From positions 1,088,001-1,152,000 of the forward strand of contig OY843768.1 in assembly GCA_963693095.2 (NCBI GenBank): a stretch of DNA of 64,000 bases. Reading direction: 5' to 3'. The DNA comes from Cenarchaeum sp. (GTDB lineage: Archaea; Thermoproteota; Nitrososphaeria; Nitrososphaerales; Nitrosopumilaceae). This document shows, piece by piece, positions 39,805 to 49,037 of the stretch (the first letter of the stretch is position 1; each line of letters opens with the position of its first letter). Made by a program: the position numbers and the translations under genes. The notes beneath the pieces were generated by a model. It was not told where the DNA came from. It made no database searches and was given only the letters and a program-made list of their open reading frames with translations.

Positions 39805-40179
39805 TCACCAGATGTTGCGCCTCCCTGACTGGTGTAGCGCAAAGGCCATGGCTGCAAACATGATTCCGAGGAACACGATTATCGGGATCGTCGCCTCGCG
39901 CGGGAGCTCGAGGAGCGCGCTGCCCCACGCGTAGAGGAATATGGCCACGACGTCAAAGACGACGAACATGAGGATATACGCGTAATACTGCATCATGAAG
40001 TGCGTGCGGCCCTCGCCCTTTGGGACCTGGCCGCACTCCATGGGCAGGAACTTTACTGGCGTCGAGTGGCGCCTAGGCGAGATCATGCGCGATATGAGGA
40101 GTGCGGGGGCAGTCGCGGCAACTGCAAAGCCGAACATTAGCAGTATCGGGCTATATGTGGAAGCGGCCTCGCCGACCAA
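39805..40179 (-). CDS. nuoA: NADH-quinone oxidoreductase subunit A
   Basis: ECG loop, QYY, FVVFDV. Confidence 0.93.
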   Translation of the reverse strand: MVGEAASTYSPILLMFGFAVAATAPALLISRMISPRRHSTPVKFLPMECGQVPKGEGRTHFMMQYYAYILMFVVFDVVAIFLYAWGSALLELPREATIPIIVFLGIMFAAMAFALHQSGRRNIW

Positions 40180-41032
40180 CGTGGCAGCGTGCCTTGAATA
40201 TTGGTATAAAAAGCTACTCGGATTTCACGGCTGGCTTGGCGGTGTGGGCACCCACAGGGCAATGTGGCGCCCACTGCGGCCCCTGTCTGCTGCGATCAGG
40301 TTTTTGCGCGTGAGCCACGACTAATTTGCGCGTCCTGGGCCCTGGCAGGCGATCATGTCCCTGTTCTGGCAGCCCTGCCACCGGGGCAGTTCCCGCAGGC
40401 GCATGGCCGTCTGGCCCGATCATGGGCACAGGTCCCACCGGGATCAAGCCATCTTGCCCCCGCTCCTACTTTTTGTACAAGGCACACGCGGGGATCACGA
40501 TAAAGGGCTAAATGGCATGTCAATGCAAGCCTGTATCAGGCAGGAAGCACGCAGATGCCAGTGCCTAGGGACTGGTGGTCCTGCTTAGGCGGAACTGCCA
40601 GCCCCGTTCAACTCTACAAGTCCTGCAGCCATTTCTGTCCCGATTTCGGCGGTTCGCGGCCCCAAAAGTGAGAATGCCCCAGAGACGGCAGTTTGGTCAA
40701 AATATGCGCCTTGCGACCATTGCGATGTTTTCCAGCATGTCCCGCCATTTCACATGTGCGTTGGGCAAGACAGGTTGCCGGGACGGTTGCGGCCACAGGC
40801 AGTCCTCGAGTGTGAGGCGACTTGTGATCACCATGGCCAAAACGACATGCATGGGCTCGGCTGCTGTGTGATCGGCTCACACGATCGTTGTCCCATGACC
40901 ACCTGCAGACAGACGAGGCACGATTAGTCGATCTATTGTACAATCTTGCTCATTCGCGATCCTCCCCAGGTTGTTGATTCTAGTGAACACACTTATGATC
41001 CAAGATCACGAGATCATCAATAGCTTGTTAGA

Positions 41033-41569
41033 TCACAAATTATACTTTTGCACTATCTCTTTAAAGCTATTCTTCGGGTCTTGTAAATTAATTTTAATTC
41101 CATTGTCTCTCACATACGTCAGTCTAATATGCGGATTGTTGTAAGTCATTCCACGATTAAGCAGGTATTCCAATCGTTTAAGTTGGTTTGGGTCTAATAT
41201 TTCTTTGACATTATTCACGACTAGTTCAAGTATTTGTAGATCAGGCTTAAATTTTTTAATCATGCTATCAAGTTGTTTTTCCATCATTTGTGGTGAACAA
41301 TAATACATTGATTTGATCTTAAATCCACTGGCATAATTTTCGCCGCTCGCAAATATCCAATGTCTAGGTTTCCATTTTGTGATCATTTGTATAGAAACAT
41401 CTCTTCCAGTAGCAAAATTATTTTTGGTAGTTGACTTTAATTCAAACAAGTGCCCATGTTCATCCTCTGCGTCATGCCCCATACGACTTTCATTCTTTAT
41501 CAGGCCCAGCATGCTAATCATCTGTTCTTCCCGTGCCTGATCCTGCACCAGGGTTTTTTTGTTAGCCAC
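41033..41569 (-). CDS. Putative type II restriction endonuclease, PvuII-like
   Basis: R-x-G-x-DA-x-D-x-x-G-x-x-x-ELKS catalytic motif, WIFA and NNP-x-I-x-x-x-YV-x-x-x-G-x-KI match my recollection of R.PvuII (GREGNDAVDNAGQEYELKS, WIFA, NNPKIPVKYVMEHGTKI); AT-rich. Confidence 0.75.
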   Translation of the reverse strand: MANKKTLVQDQAREEQMISMLGLIKNESRMGHDAEDEHGHLFELKSTTKNNFATGRDVSIQMITKWKPRHWIFASGENYASGFKIKSMYYCSPQMMEKQLDSMIKKFKPDLQILELVVNNVKEILDPNQLKRLEYLLNRGMTYNNPHIRLTYVRDNGIKINLQDPKNSFKEIVQKYNL

Positions 41570-41618
41570 ACATGATGATCCAATTAATCGATATATTACG
41601 GGATTTTGTTTTAATTAA

Positions 41619-42167
41619 TCAACGTATCAAAATCTGTTGAGTTAATTTTTCTATCTGATCCCCCCATGCAACAAATCCCGTGTGTCTTTTTCGTGCAAAT
41701 AAATCGATTCGGGGTGAACTAGTTTTTGATCGTATAATTTCATAAAATTCAGATGGTTTTTCGGAATGAATGCCCGTCTTTCCATTAAATGCTGTGGGCA
41801 TGGCTGTACCTGTAAATGGAATGCTAAAATCTCCACGGTATCCAAAGACAACAAACTCACTATTCCTAAAGACTCCTTGCATGGTAATCCCAGAATTTTT
41901 GATCCATGTCATCGTACAATAATACTTGAAGCCCCATTTTTGAATCAATTGTGTTGTAAACGGTAGTCTACTTTGTATTGTCCAAATAAATAAATTGCAT
42001 TGCTTATGCGCAAAATCCTCAATGGGGAATGCCTCTATTTCTTTATTTGACATTGTTTGATACGATAAACGTCTTTTGATCTTTCCTCTACACGGTTTTG
42101 AATTTGGCCCTGTTGTTGTAATTCTCCAAGGTGGATCCATAACGATTGTTTTGTATTTATGCGTCAT
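41619..42167 (-). CDS. MT-A70 family (METTL3/M.MunI-like) methyltransferase
   Basis: KYKTIVMDPPW, LFIWT, WGFKY, W-x-K, HSEKP, RIDLFAR, WGDQ; AT-rich. Confidence 0.9.
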   Translation of the reverse strand: MTHKYKTIVMDPPWRITTTGPNSKPCRGKIKRRLSYQTMSNKEIEAFPIEDFAHKQCNLFIWTIQSRLPFTTQLIQKWGFKYYCTMTWIKNSGITMQGVFRNSEFVVFGYRGDFSIPFTGTAMPTAFNGKTGIHSEKPSEFYEIIRSKTSSPRIDLFARKRHTGFVAWGDQIEKLTQQILIR

Positions 42168-42594
42168 TCATATTCCTCCAATATGCTGTCAGAAATATAA
42201 AAAGTCGCAGTGTGAGTGTGGCAAGCAAGATATTATTCGACTTGATTTCATTAAATTTAGTGTGTGTCATGTGCACGCCTATTCCGGCCTTGCCCGATGC
42301 CCAATCATCTTTTTGATACCAAGCAATCATGTCACATGGTGACGGGGATTCTGGTACGAGCTGCCATTTAAGCAGGTCTCTGGGTTTTAGTCCCGTTCGA
42401 TTAGCTAACGGGGGGATGACGGTAGTCGTTATGCTGCGAGAGCTCGGGTCATTTTTACTGATCCTGGTGGTTCTTGTGGTGTAGGGCGGGTCATCTGCCG
42501 CCGGGCATTTGAAGCACAAGCGAGAATCAAGATTATGCGCCTCACCGTTGGAAGACCTTGAAGTTTTCACGCTCCGCCTCGATTTCTGCCCCAT
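42157..42594 (-). CDS. Hypothetical protein with AbrB/MazE-like DNA-binding segment
   Basis: TRISKNDPSSRSITTTVIPPLANRTGLKPRDLLKWQL resembles archaeal AbrB-type S-x-x-T-T-[IV]-P...GL-x-x-x-D-x-L-x-W; its stop overlaps the MTase start; flanking regions doubtful. Confidence 0.5.
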   Translation of the reverse strand: MGQKSRRSVKTSRSSNGEAHNLDSRLCFKCPAADDPPYTTRTTRISKNDPSSRSITTTVIPPLANRTGLKPRDLLKWQLVPESPSPCDMIAWYQKDDWASGKAGIGVHMTHTKFNEIKSNNILLATLTLRLFIFLTAYWRNMNDA

Positions 42595-42762
42595 TTATAG
42601 GCATTATTGCATAAATTGTGTATGAGGTCAGCGACCCCACGACCCATTTGGCCAAATTAGCACATGTGCGGAGAAACCCGCCGCGCCACAGGCGAACCCA
42701 GGGATCCGATTCTGGGCAGAGAGCCACACTTAATAGGTCAAGCACAGCCCACGCGTCTCATA

Positions 42763-43236
42763 ATGGCAATCCAGGTGGGTCAGAGGGCGCCGGACTTTGA
42801 GCTCCACGACACTGACCTAAAGCCCGTCACGCTCGCCGGCCTCAGGGACGGCGGCGGCAAGGTCGTCCTCTCGTTCATTGTGGCTGCAAGCTCGCCGGTC
42901 TGCGAAAAGGAGCTCTGCTCGTTTCGCGACTCGTGGGATGACATAAAGTCAGCAGGCGCAAAGGTAGTCGCGATAAGCAACGACGGGCCGTTTGCGAACA
43001 AGGCCTTTGCGCAGGCGCACTCGCTCAACTTTCCGGTTCTCTCCGACCACAACAGCCGCGCCATACGCGAGTACGGCGTGCTCATGGAGGACCTCTTGCA
43101 CATAAAGGGCTACAATGCCGCAAAGCGCTCAGTCTTTGTCATTAACGAGGACGGCACAGTCGGCTATGCGTGGGTGTCTGATGACCCGCTAGTCGAGCCC
43201 AACTATGCCGAGATTCTCGACTATGTGAAATCCTAG
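42763..43236 (+). CDS. Peroxiredoxin (AhpC/TSA, BCP-like)
   Basis: G-x-x-APDF-x-L, SPVCEKELC, KRSVFVI. Confidence 0.9.
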   Translation: MAIQVGQRAPDFELHDTDLKPVTLAGLRDGGGKVVLSFIVAASSPVCEKELCSFRDSWDDIKSAGAKVVAISNDGPFANKAFAQAHSLNFPVLSDHNSRAIREYGVLMEDLLHIKGYNAAKRSVFVINEDGTVGYAWVSDDPLVEPNYAEILDYVKS

Positions 43237-43742
43237 GATATCTCGGCGACTGTGTCGCCCTTGGCCACAATGTCACCGGTCTTTATCGCAATAGATGAGA
43301 CCTTGCCTGCCTTTGCCGACTTTATGCCGACTTGCATCTTCATCGACTCTAGCGTGCATATCGTGTCGCCTTCGGCAACGTCATCGCCGGCGCTGACTGC
43401 GACAGAGACGACCTTGCCGGGGATCTGGCTCTTTAGCGTCCCGCCGCCGGCGGCCTCGGAGCGCCCAGAGTTCATGTAGACAATGTCATCAAGGCCCGTG
43501 TGGCGAAACGCGCTCACCTGCCGGCCATCAAGGATCATCCGTGTCTCAAGGGCCTCGCCGGGGAAATACGCGACGCGGTGCGGCACGTCATCGAGCATAA
43601 AGTCCATGCCGCGCGAGTCAGACGAGACGACGCGCAAGAGCCGATCCTTGCCGTCAATGCGCACGACATACTCGCCAGCACCGGCACTGCCGGCAATCGA
43701 GCACTCGCGCTCGCCGTCAATGCCGCCAATCCTGTACCTCAT
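43233..43742 (-). CDS. accB: Biotin carboxyl carrier protein of acetyl-/propionyl-CoA carboxylase
   Basis: LESMKM biotinylation motif; clustered with the carboxylase genes. Confidence 0.9.
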   Translation of the reverse strand: MRYRIGGIDGERECSIAGSAGAGEYVVRIDGKDRLLRVVSSDSRGMDFMLDDVPHRVAYFPGEALETRMILDGRQVSAFRHTGLDDIVYMNSGRSEAAGGGTLKSQIPGKVVSVAVSAGDDVAEGDTICTLESMKMQVGIKSAKAGKVSSIAIKTGDIVAKGDTVAEIS

Positions 43743-45232
43743 TGCTGGCCCGGCCTCCCGCGCCACCGCGGCTGTGCGGCAGCCCCGCCCTCGACTGCGC
43801 GCACCACGTGCTCTTGGCGCATCGCAGCGGCCGCAAGGGCCGCGTCGGCGAGGCTTTTCGTCTCATCGGCAATGTCGGCCCTAAGGCGCTCTATGATCCC
43901 ATAGCGCGACAAAAAGTCAGTCGACAGGTCGCCGCGCGCAAACTCTGCAGAGCGCAGAATTGTCCGGTATAGCGGTATTGACGTCTCGACGCCGTGTATG
44001 TCAAAGGAGTCAAGGGCCGCGAGCATGCGTCGCGTGGCCTCGGGCGTGTCCTGGCCCCACGTGCACAGCTTTGCCATGAGCGAGTCATAGTACGGCGAGA
44101 CCGTGCAGCCCGGAAAGAGGTACGTGTCGCAGCGCACGCCCGGACCGGCCGGAATCTCAACGTGCGGTACTGGGCCTGTTGAGGGCGCAAAGTCCATAAA
44201 CGTGTCCTCGGCGTTTATCCTGCACTCGATCGCGCACCCGTTAGGCGATATGGAGCCGGGTTTAAAGGGCAGCGGCTCGCCGTTGGCTATGTCTAGCTGC
44301 ATCTTTACGAGGTCCATGCCCGAGACTAGCTCCGTCACCGGATGCTCGACCTGGAGCCGCGCGTTTATCTCTATAAAGTAGAACGTCCCGTCATCGAGTC
44401 GGAGAAACTCGGCGGTCCCGAGGTTTGTGTACCCAACAGCAGACGCCGCCTTTGCGGCTAGCGCGCCGATTCGCTCGCGCGTCTCGGCGTCAACTACGGG
44501 CGAGGGTGACATCTCGATCAGCTTTTGGTTCCTTCGCTGTATGGAGCACTCGCGCTCAAAGATGTGCGCAGACACGCCGTGCGTGTCGCATGCGAGCTGG
44601 AACTCTATATGCCTGATCTTTTCGAGGAACTTTTCGACTAGTATTGCGGACTTGCCAAAGGCGGCCATCGACTCGCCAGTCACAGAGTCAAAGTTCTCGC
44701 GCAGCTCGGCGTCGCTTCCGCACAGGCGTATGCCGCGCCCGCCGCCGCCATAGACGGACTTTAGGAGGACTGGGTACCCGATGTCGTTTGCGACCGAGAG
44801 CGCCTCATCAACGTCGGCGACTAGTCCCAAGCTGCCGGGAACCGTCGGCACGCCCGCCTTTTCCATGGCGGCCTTGCACTTCATCTTGTCGCCGCACAGC
44901 GACATTGACTGCGCGCTCGGGCCAATGAACGTAATGTTCTCCTTTTCGCACCTGCCCGCAAAGTCATAATTCTCTGAGAGGAACCCATATCCCGGATGGA
45001 CCGCATCGGCGCCAGATGCGGCGACTGCGGCCATCACGCTGTCCTGGTTTAGATAGCTGCTAGACGGCGCGGCAGCGCCAATGTGGTGCGCCTCGTCGGC
45101 CTTTTTGACGTGGAGCGAGTTGCGGTCCTCATCAGAATATACTGCGACTGTCGCTATTCCTAGTGCGCGGCACGTCCGCATGACTCGCAGCGCTATCTCG
45201 CCCCTGTTTGCTATGAGAACCTTTTCAATCAT
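43739..45232 (-). CDS. accC: Biotin carboxylase subunit of acetyl-/propionyl-CoA carboxylase
   Basis: IANRGEIA, HPGYGFLSEN, GGGGRG, ERECSIQRR, RLQVEH. Confidence 0.96.
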   Translation of the reverse strand: MIEKVLIANRGEIALRVMRTCRALGIATVAVYSDEDRNSLHVKKADEAHHIGAAAPSSSYLNQDSVMAAVAASGADAVHPGYGFLSENYDFAGRCEKENITFIGPSAQSMSLCGDKMKCKAAMEKAGVPTVPGSLGLVADVDEALSVANDIGYPVLLKSVYGGGGRGIRLCGSDAELRENFDSVTGESMAAFGKSAILVEKFLEKIRHIEFQLACDTHGVSAHIFERECSIQRRNQKLIEMSPSPVVDAETRERIGALAAKAASAVGYTNLGTAEFLRLDDGTFYFIEINARLQVEHPVTELVSGMDLVKMQLDIANGEPLPFKPGSISPNGCAIECRINAEDTFMDFAPSTGPVPHVEIPAGPGVRCDTYLFPGCTVSPYYDSLMAKLCTWGQDTPEATRRMLAALDSFDIHGVETSIPLYRTILRSAEFARGDLSTDFLSRYGIIERLRADIADETKSLADAALAAAAMRQEHVVRAVEGGAAAQPRWRGRPGQQ

Positions 45233-45238
45233 GGCAGA

Positions 45239-46786
45239 TCACAGGTTAATGTTCCCGTGCTTTCGAGGCACATGCGACTTGCGCTTGTCAGATAGCATGT
45301 CAAGGGCAGAGATGATCGACGCGCGCGTCATGGCGGGGTCGATAACGGCATCTATCGTGCCGTGCGAGGCGGCCCTGTAGGGGTTGTCGAACTTTTCGGC
45401 AAACTCGGCAGTCAGGCGCGACTTTAGCTCATCAGGTGAGTCAGAAGCGGCAAGGTCCTTGCGGTTCATGATCCTCACGGCGGCATCGGCCCCGAGGACC
45501 GCGCAGCGCGCAGTGGGCCACGCATAGTTGACGTCGGTCCCGAGGTTCTTGCTGCCCATGGCGATGTACGCCCCGCCGTACGCCTTGCCCACAACGAGCG
45601 TGACCTTTGGGACAGTCGCCTCACAGTACGCATAGAGGAGCTTGCTCCCGTGGCGTATGATTCCGTTGTGCTCCTGGTCTGAGCCCGGCATATAGCCGGG
45701 CGTGTCCACAAGTGTGATGATCGGTATGTTGAACGCGTCGCAAAAGCGGATAAAGCGCGATGCCTTTGATGACGAGTTTATGTCAAGCGCGCCGGCGAGG
45801 ACCATCGGCTGGTTTGCGACAATGCCAACGCTTCGCCCGTCCATGCGCGCGTACCCGACGATGATGTTCTGCGCAAAGCCCTCGTGAACCTCGAGGAACT
45901 CGTGGTTGTCGATGATCGAGCGGATTATCTCCTTCATGTCATATGGTGTCTGCATGTCCTCGGGCAGGACAGAGACTAGCGCATTGTCGGTGCGCGCTGC
46001 GTCATCAGACGGCTTTAGGCGCGGCGGATCCGCAGCATTGTTCTGCGGCAGGAACGCGAGAAGCTCGCGTATGCGCTCCATGCACTCGTACTCGTTGGCC
46101 GCGACAAAGTGCGCAACGCCGCTCCTCGTCCCGTGCGAGTCGGCCCCGCCGAGCTTTTCAGCGCTAATCTCCTCGCCGAGGACCGTCTTGACCACGTCCG
46201 GTCCGGTCACAAACATGGTCGCCGTCTTTTTGACCATGACGACAAAGTCAGTCATCGCCGGAGAGTAGACCGAGCCGCCGGCTGACGGCCCAATGCTCGC
46301 AGTTATCTGCGGAATGACGCCAGAGGCCATGCGGTTGTGGTAAAAGATGTCGGCAAACCCGTCAAGGCTCATTATGCCCTCCTGTATTCGCGCGCCGCCA
46401 GAGTCCATGATGCCCACTATGGGGCAGCCGACGTCGACGGCGTGGCGCATGAGCTTTGTTATCTTTTTGGCGCCCATCTGGCTCAGCGTCCCGCCGAGGA
46501 TCGTAAAGTCGTACGCAAAGACAAAGGTCTTGCGCCCCAGGACCGTCCCATACCCGCCGACGACGCCATCACCGGCGAACTTTTTCTTTTGCATGTCAAA
46601 CTCGTGATAGTGGTGCGTGACGAGGGCATCGATCTCAAAGAACGAGCCCTCATCGAGGAGGAGGTCTATCCTCTCCCTGGCCGTCAGCTTGCCCTTGTCG
46701 TGCTGTGCGCGTATGCGATCAGGCCCCCCGCCCTCATTGGCCTGTCGCGTGTGGCGTGCCAGCGTGTCCATCTTTTCAGAATGCAT
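45239..46786 (-). CDS. pccB: Carboxyltransferase subunit of acetyl-/propionyl-CoA carboxylase (3HP/4HB cycle)
   Basis: GKLTARERI, DSGGARIQEG, FCDAFNIP, KAYGGAY, RKHGNINL. Confidence 0.95.
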   Translation of the reverse strand: MHSEKMDTLARHTRQANEGGGPDRIRAQHDKGKLTARERIDLLLDEGSFFEIDALVTHHYHEFDMQKKKFAGDGVVGGYGTVLGRKTFVFAYDFTILGGTLSQMGAKKITKLMRHAVDVGCPIVGIMDSGGARIQEGIMSLDGFADIFYHNRMASGVIPQITASIGPSAGGSVYSPAMTDFVVMVKKTATMFVTGPDVVKTVLGEEISAEKLGGADSHGTRSGVAHFVAANEYECMERIRELLAFLPQNNAADPPRLKPSDDAARTDNALVSVLPEDMQTPYDMKEIIRSIIDNHEFLEVHEGFAQNIIVGYARMDGRSVGIVANQPMVLAGALDINSSSKASRFIRFCDAFNIPIITLVDTPGYMPGSDQEHNGIIRHGSKLLYAYCEATVPKVTLVVGKAYGGAYIAMGSKNLGTDVNYAWPTARCAVLGADAAVRIMNRKDLAASDSPDELKSRLTAEFAEKFDNPYRAASHGTIDAVIDPAMTRASIISALDMLSDKRKSHVPRKHGNINL

Positions 46787-46844
46787 TGCGTGCGTGGCGC
46801 GCGCCCTAGGCAGCATATATTAATTTAGGCAGGCGGGCCGACGC

Positions 46845-47360
46845 TCATTCCCTGAGCTTTGAGCGGCCGCCCTTGGCGGTCCTAAAGACGTTCATGCCTA
46901 GGTGATAGTTCTCATACAGGTGGTCAAGCGTCCGGAGGCCATCCTCGGCGGCCGCACGATCGCCTCCTGAGGCGTCAGGATCGGCCATGAGGCGCTCAAG
47001 CTCGGCCCTCTTTTGGCCCCTAAACTCGTCAATGCTGTTCTCATAGTTGCTCATGCCCCCGAACTCGGGGCTCAGGACGTGCTTTGGCACGTATGCTGGC
47101 GTGTTGTCCCTGTATGACTCTACATTCCTGGAAATCTCCTCAATCTCCTCAGGCGTGTACACGCGTGGCTCGGGCTCTGGCTCGGCCTCGGGCTCCTCGA
47201 CCTTTGCAGGCACGTCAGGCGTCTCTCCGGCAGGCGCGTCTGCGCCCTTTGCCTCCGGAGCGTCGTCGGCTGCCGGCTTTTCGTCGGCCTTGGGCGGGTT
47301 TTTGCAAGCCGCGCCGTCCCCCGATCCGGCCTTCTTGTCATCCTTGTCCTTGTCGGCCAA
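46845..47360 (-). CDS. Hypothetical protein with acidic low-complexity N-terminus
   Basis: Host-like codon usage; TTTAAA about 25 nt upstream of the TTG at 47360; structured-looking C-terminus (LYENYHLGMNVFRTAKGGR). Confidence 0.65.
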   Translation of the reverse strand: MADKDKDDKKAGSGDGAACKNPPKADEKPAADDAPEAKGADAPAGETPDVPAKVEEPEAEPEPEPRVYTPEEIEEISRNVESYRDNTPAYVPKHVLSPEFGGMSNYENSIDEFRGQKRAELERLMADPDASGGDRAAAEDGLRTLDHLYENYHLGMNVFRTAKGGRSKLRE

Positions 47361-47529
47361 TGCGGCCTGCCCGCCGCAGCCCGATTTTAAACCTTGATGG
47401 CCGGGAGGCCATGCGCAGTCCCTGTGATGGCCCCACACGGGCATCTCAGGGCAGGCCGCATGCCGTGGCCGCCATGTCCAAAGGAGCCGGCATTGTGCCC
47501 ATCAGGGCCAGGACGGTGGGGGTGCGGCA

Positions 47530-47871
47530 TCACGCGAGCGTGGACTGGCCCACGGTGCGCGACGGGTTTAGGATTGTGAACTTTTTGAGCACGGCAGCAC
47601 CATACTTTGCCAGCGCGTCCTCCTCGGCGCACGTCCTGCATATGCACATCTGTGACACGCGCGCTAGGTCACAGTCATCGCGAGACTCGCACTCGGCGCA
47701 TCCCGCAGGCCTGCCGCACACAATGCACTGTATCCTTGGCGCGCCGGCCACGCACTCGGGATGCTTTACGCCCTCGCCCTTTAGCCACATGACTGACGTG
47801 CCCACCGCAATGTCCGCCCCGCACTCGGCGCACTTGCCGGCGAACTTCATCGGTATCTTGCGCCAGCTCAT
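47530..47871 (-). CDS. Cys-rich putative zinc-binding protein
   Basis: CAEC...H-x-x-C, CIVC, CAEC, CRTC; start overlaps the rfcL stop. Confidence 0.75.
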   Translation of the reverse strand: MSWRKIPMKFAGKCAECGADIAVGTSVMWLKGEGVKHPECVAGAPRIQCIVCGRPAGCAECESRDDCDLARVSQMCICRTCAEEDALAKYGAAVLKKFTILNPSRTVGQSTLA

Positions 47872-49037
47872 CGCACCCTCTCAACCTCCTTTTCCACTAT
47901 GGCGCGGTGATCCTCGTCAATGGCCTCAATCGGTATCGCACCAGACTTTACGCACGCGGCGATATAGGGCAGGTGCAGCGAGGAAAAGTCCGATGACGAG
48001 GAGTGGAGCGCGGGAGCCGCAGATCGCGCAAATGCCCTTATCGCGCTGCCGTCCCAGCGTATGCGGTTTAGCAGCGGCCAAGAGATGCCATATTTCGAGT
48101 ACGCAACGCCGAGTCCTGGCTCGTGTCCCATCGCCAGTGTGGAGTTTAGGTATCGCAATATGCGCCACTGCTGCGTCCTCATTATCCTCCCATGGAGCAT
48201 GTCAGCATCTGATATCGCGCGCATGAGGCTCGCGGCCTTTGCCAGGGGCAGCGAGCTTGCCGAGACCACGCTAGAATAGAGCGCGCCTATCTTTTCTCGT
48301 GGGTCACCGCGCATGGACTCTAGGGCAAGGCGCGCGTCATGGCGCGTCTTTGCGCCAAAGAACGCCGTGACTGCCTCCTCAGAGGACAGTATTCCGCCCT
48401 CGTGCGACATGTCCGGATTGTATCCCTGCGCTAGTGCCTGCGCTAGGTTGAACATTGTGCGAATGTCCCCGCGAGACCTAGCCAGAATCTGCACTATGGA
48501 GCCCGGACCGATGCGCGCGCCCTCTTGGCGAATCACGTCCTCTAGGTATATGCGCATGAGGCGCGGCGGGAGCGGGCCGAGGCGCATTACAGTGGAGGCC
48601 TTGGCAATGTTGCGCATCTTGTCCGTAGAGTCAGAGTTTGCGGCAAGTATCACGGGCACTGTCGGCTCCTTTAGAATTTTCACAAGCGCGTCGGCCCCGC
48701 CATAGTCAGAGCGCCCGTGTATCCCGTCGACCTCGTCGATAAAGACGAGCGTCCTTCTCTCAAGGCTTCCCCTGGTCCCCATGATCGGCTCAAGGAGTGC
48801 CGTCAGGCTGGACCGCGTTCGCGTGTCACTTGCGTTGATGCCGACTAGCTCATAGCCAAACCTCTCGGCGACTAGTCCGGCAAGCGTCGTCTTGCCCGTG
48901 CCCGGCGGGCCCACGAGGAGCGCTGCGCGCGTGCCGACCTTCCATCTCGCAAGCCATGTCACGAGCTCGGCGCGAACCTTTTCGTTTCCGATCATCGACT
49001 CTATTGACTTTGGCCTGTGCGACTCTGACCACATCAT
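47868..49037 (-). CDS. rfcL: Replication factor C large subunit
   Basis: WSE-x-HRP, GPPGTGKT, NASD-x-R, DEVDG, GDIR. Confidence 0.9.
   Translation of the reverse strand: MMWSESHRPKSIESMIGNEKVRAELVTWLARWKVGTRAALLVGPPGTGKTTLAGLVAERFGYELVGINASDTRTRSSLTALLEPIMGTRGSLERRTLVFIDEVDGIHGRSDYGGADALVKILKEPTVPVILAANSDSTDKMRNIAKASTVMRLGPLPPRLMRIYLEDVIRQEGARIGPGSIVQILARSRGDIRTMFNLAQALAQGYNPDMSHEGGILSSEEAVTAFFGAKTRHDARLALESMRGDPREKIGALYSSVVSASSLPLAKAASLMRAISDADMLHGRIMRTQQWRILRYLNSTLAMGHEPGLGVAYSKYGISWPLLNRIRWDGSAIRAFARSAAPALHSSSSDFSSLHLPYIAACVKSGAIPIEAIDEDHRAIVEKEVERVR

Noticed and set aside
40299-42690. Possible terminal inverted repeats (GGTTT...CTAATTTG) flanking the RM-like cassette
   Set aside because: The match is too short and gapped to distinguish from chance, and there is no transposase
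47084-48226. 380-aa + strand ORF and similar long antisense ORFs (e.g. 3318-4268, 4332-5282, 30011-30742)
   Set aside because: Shadow frames of real genes in GC-rich DNA with no recognisable motifs
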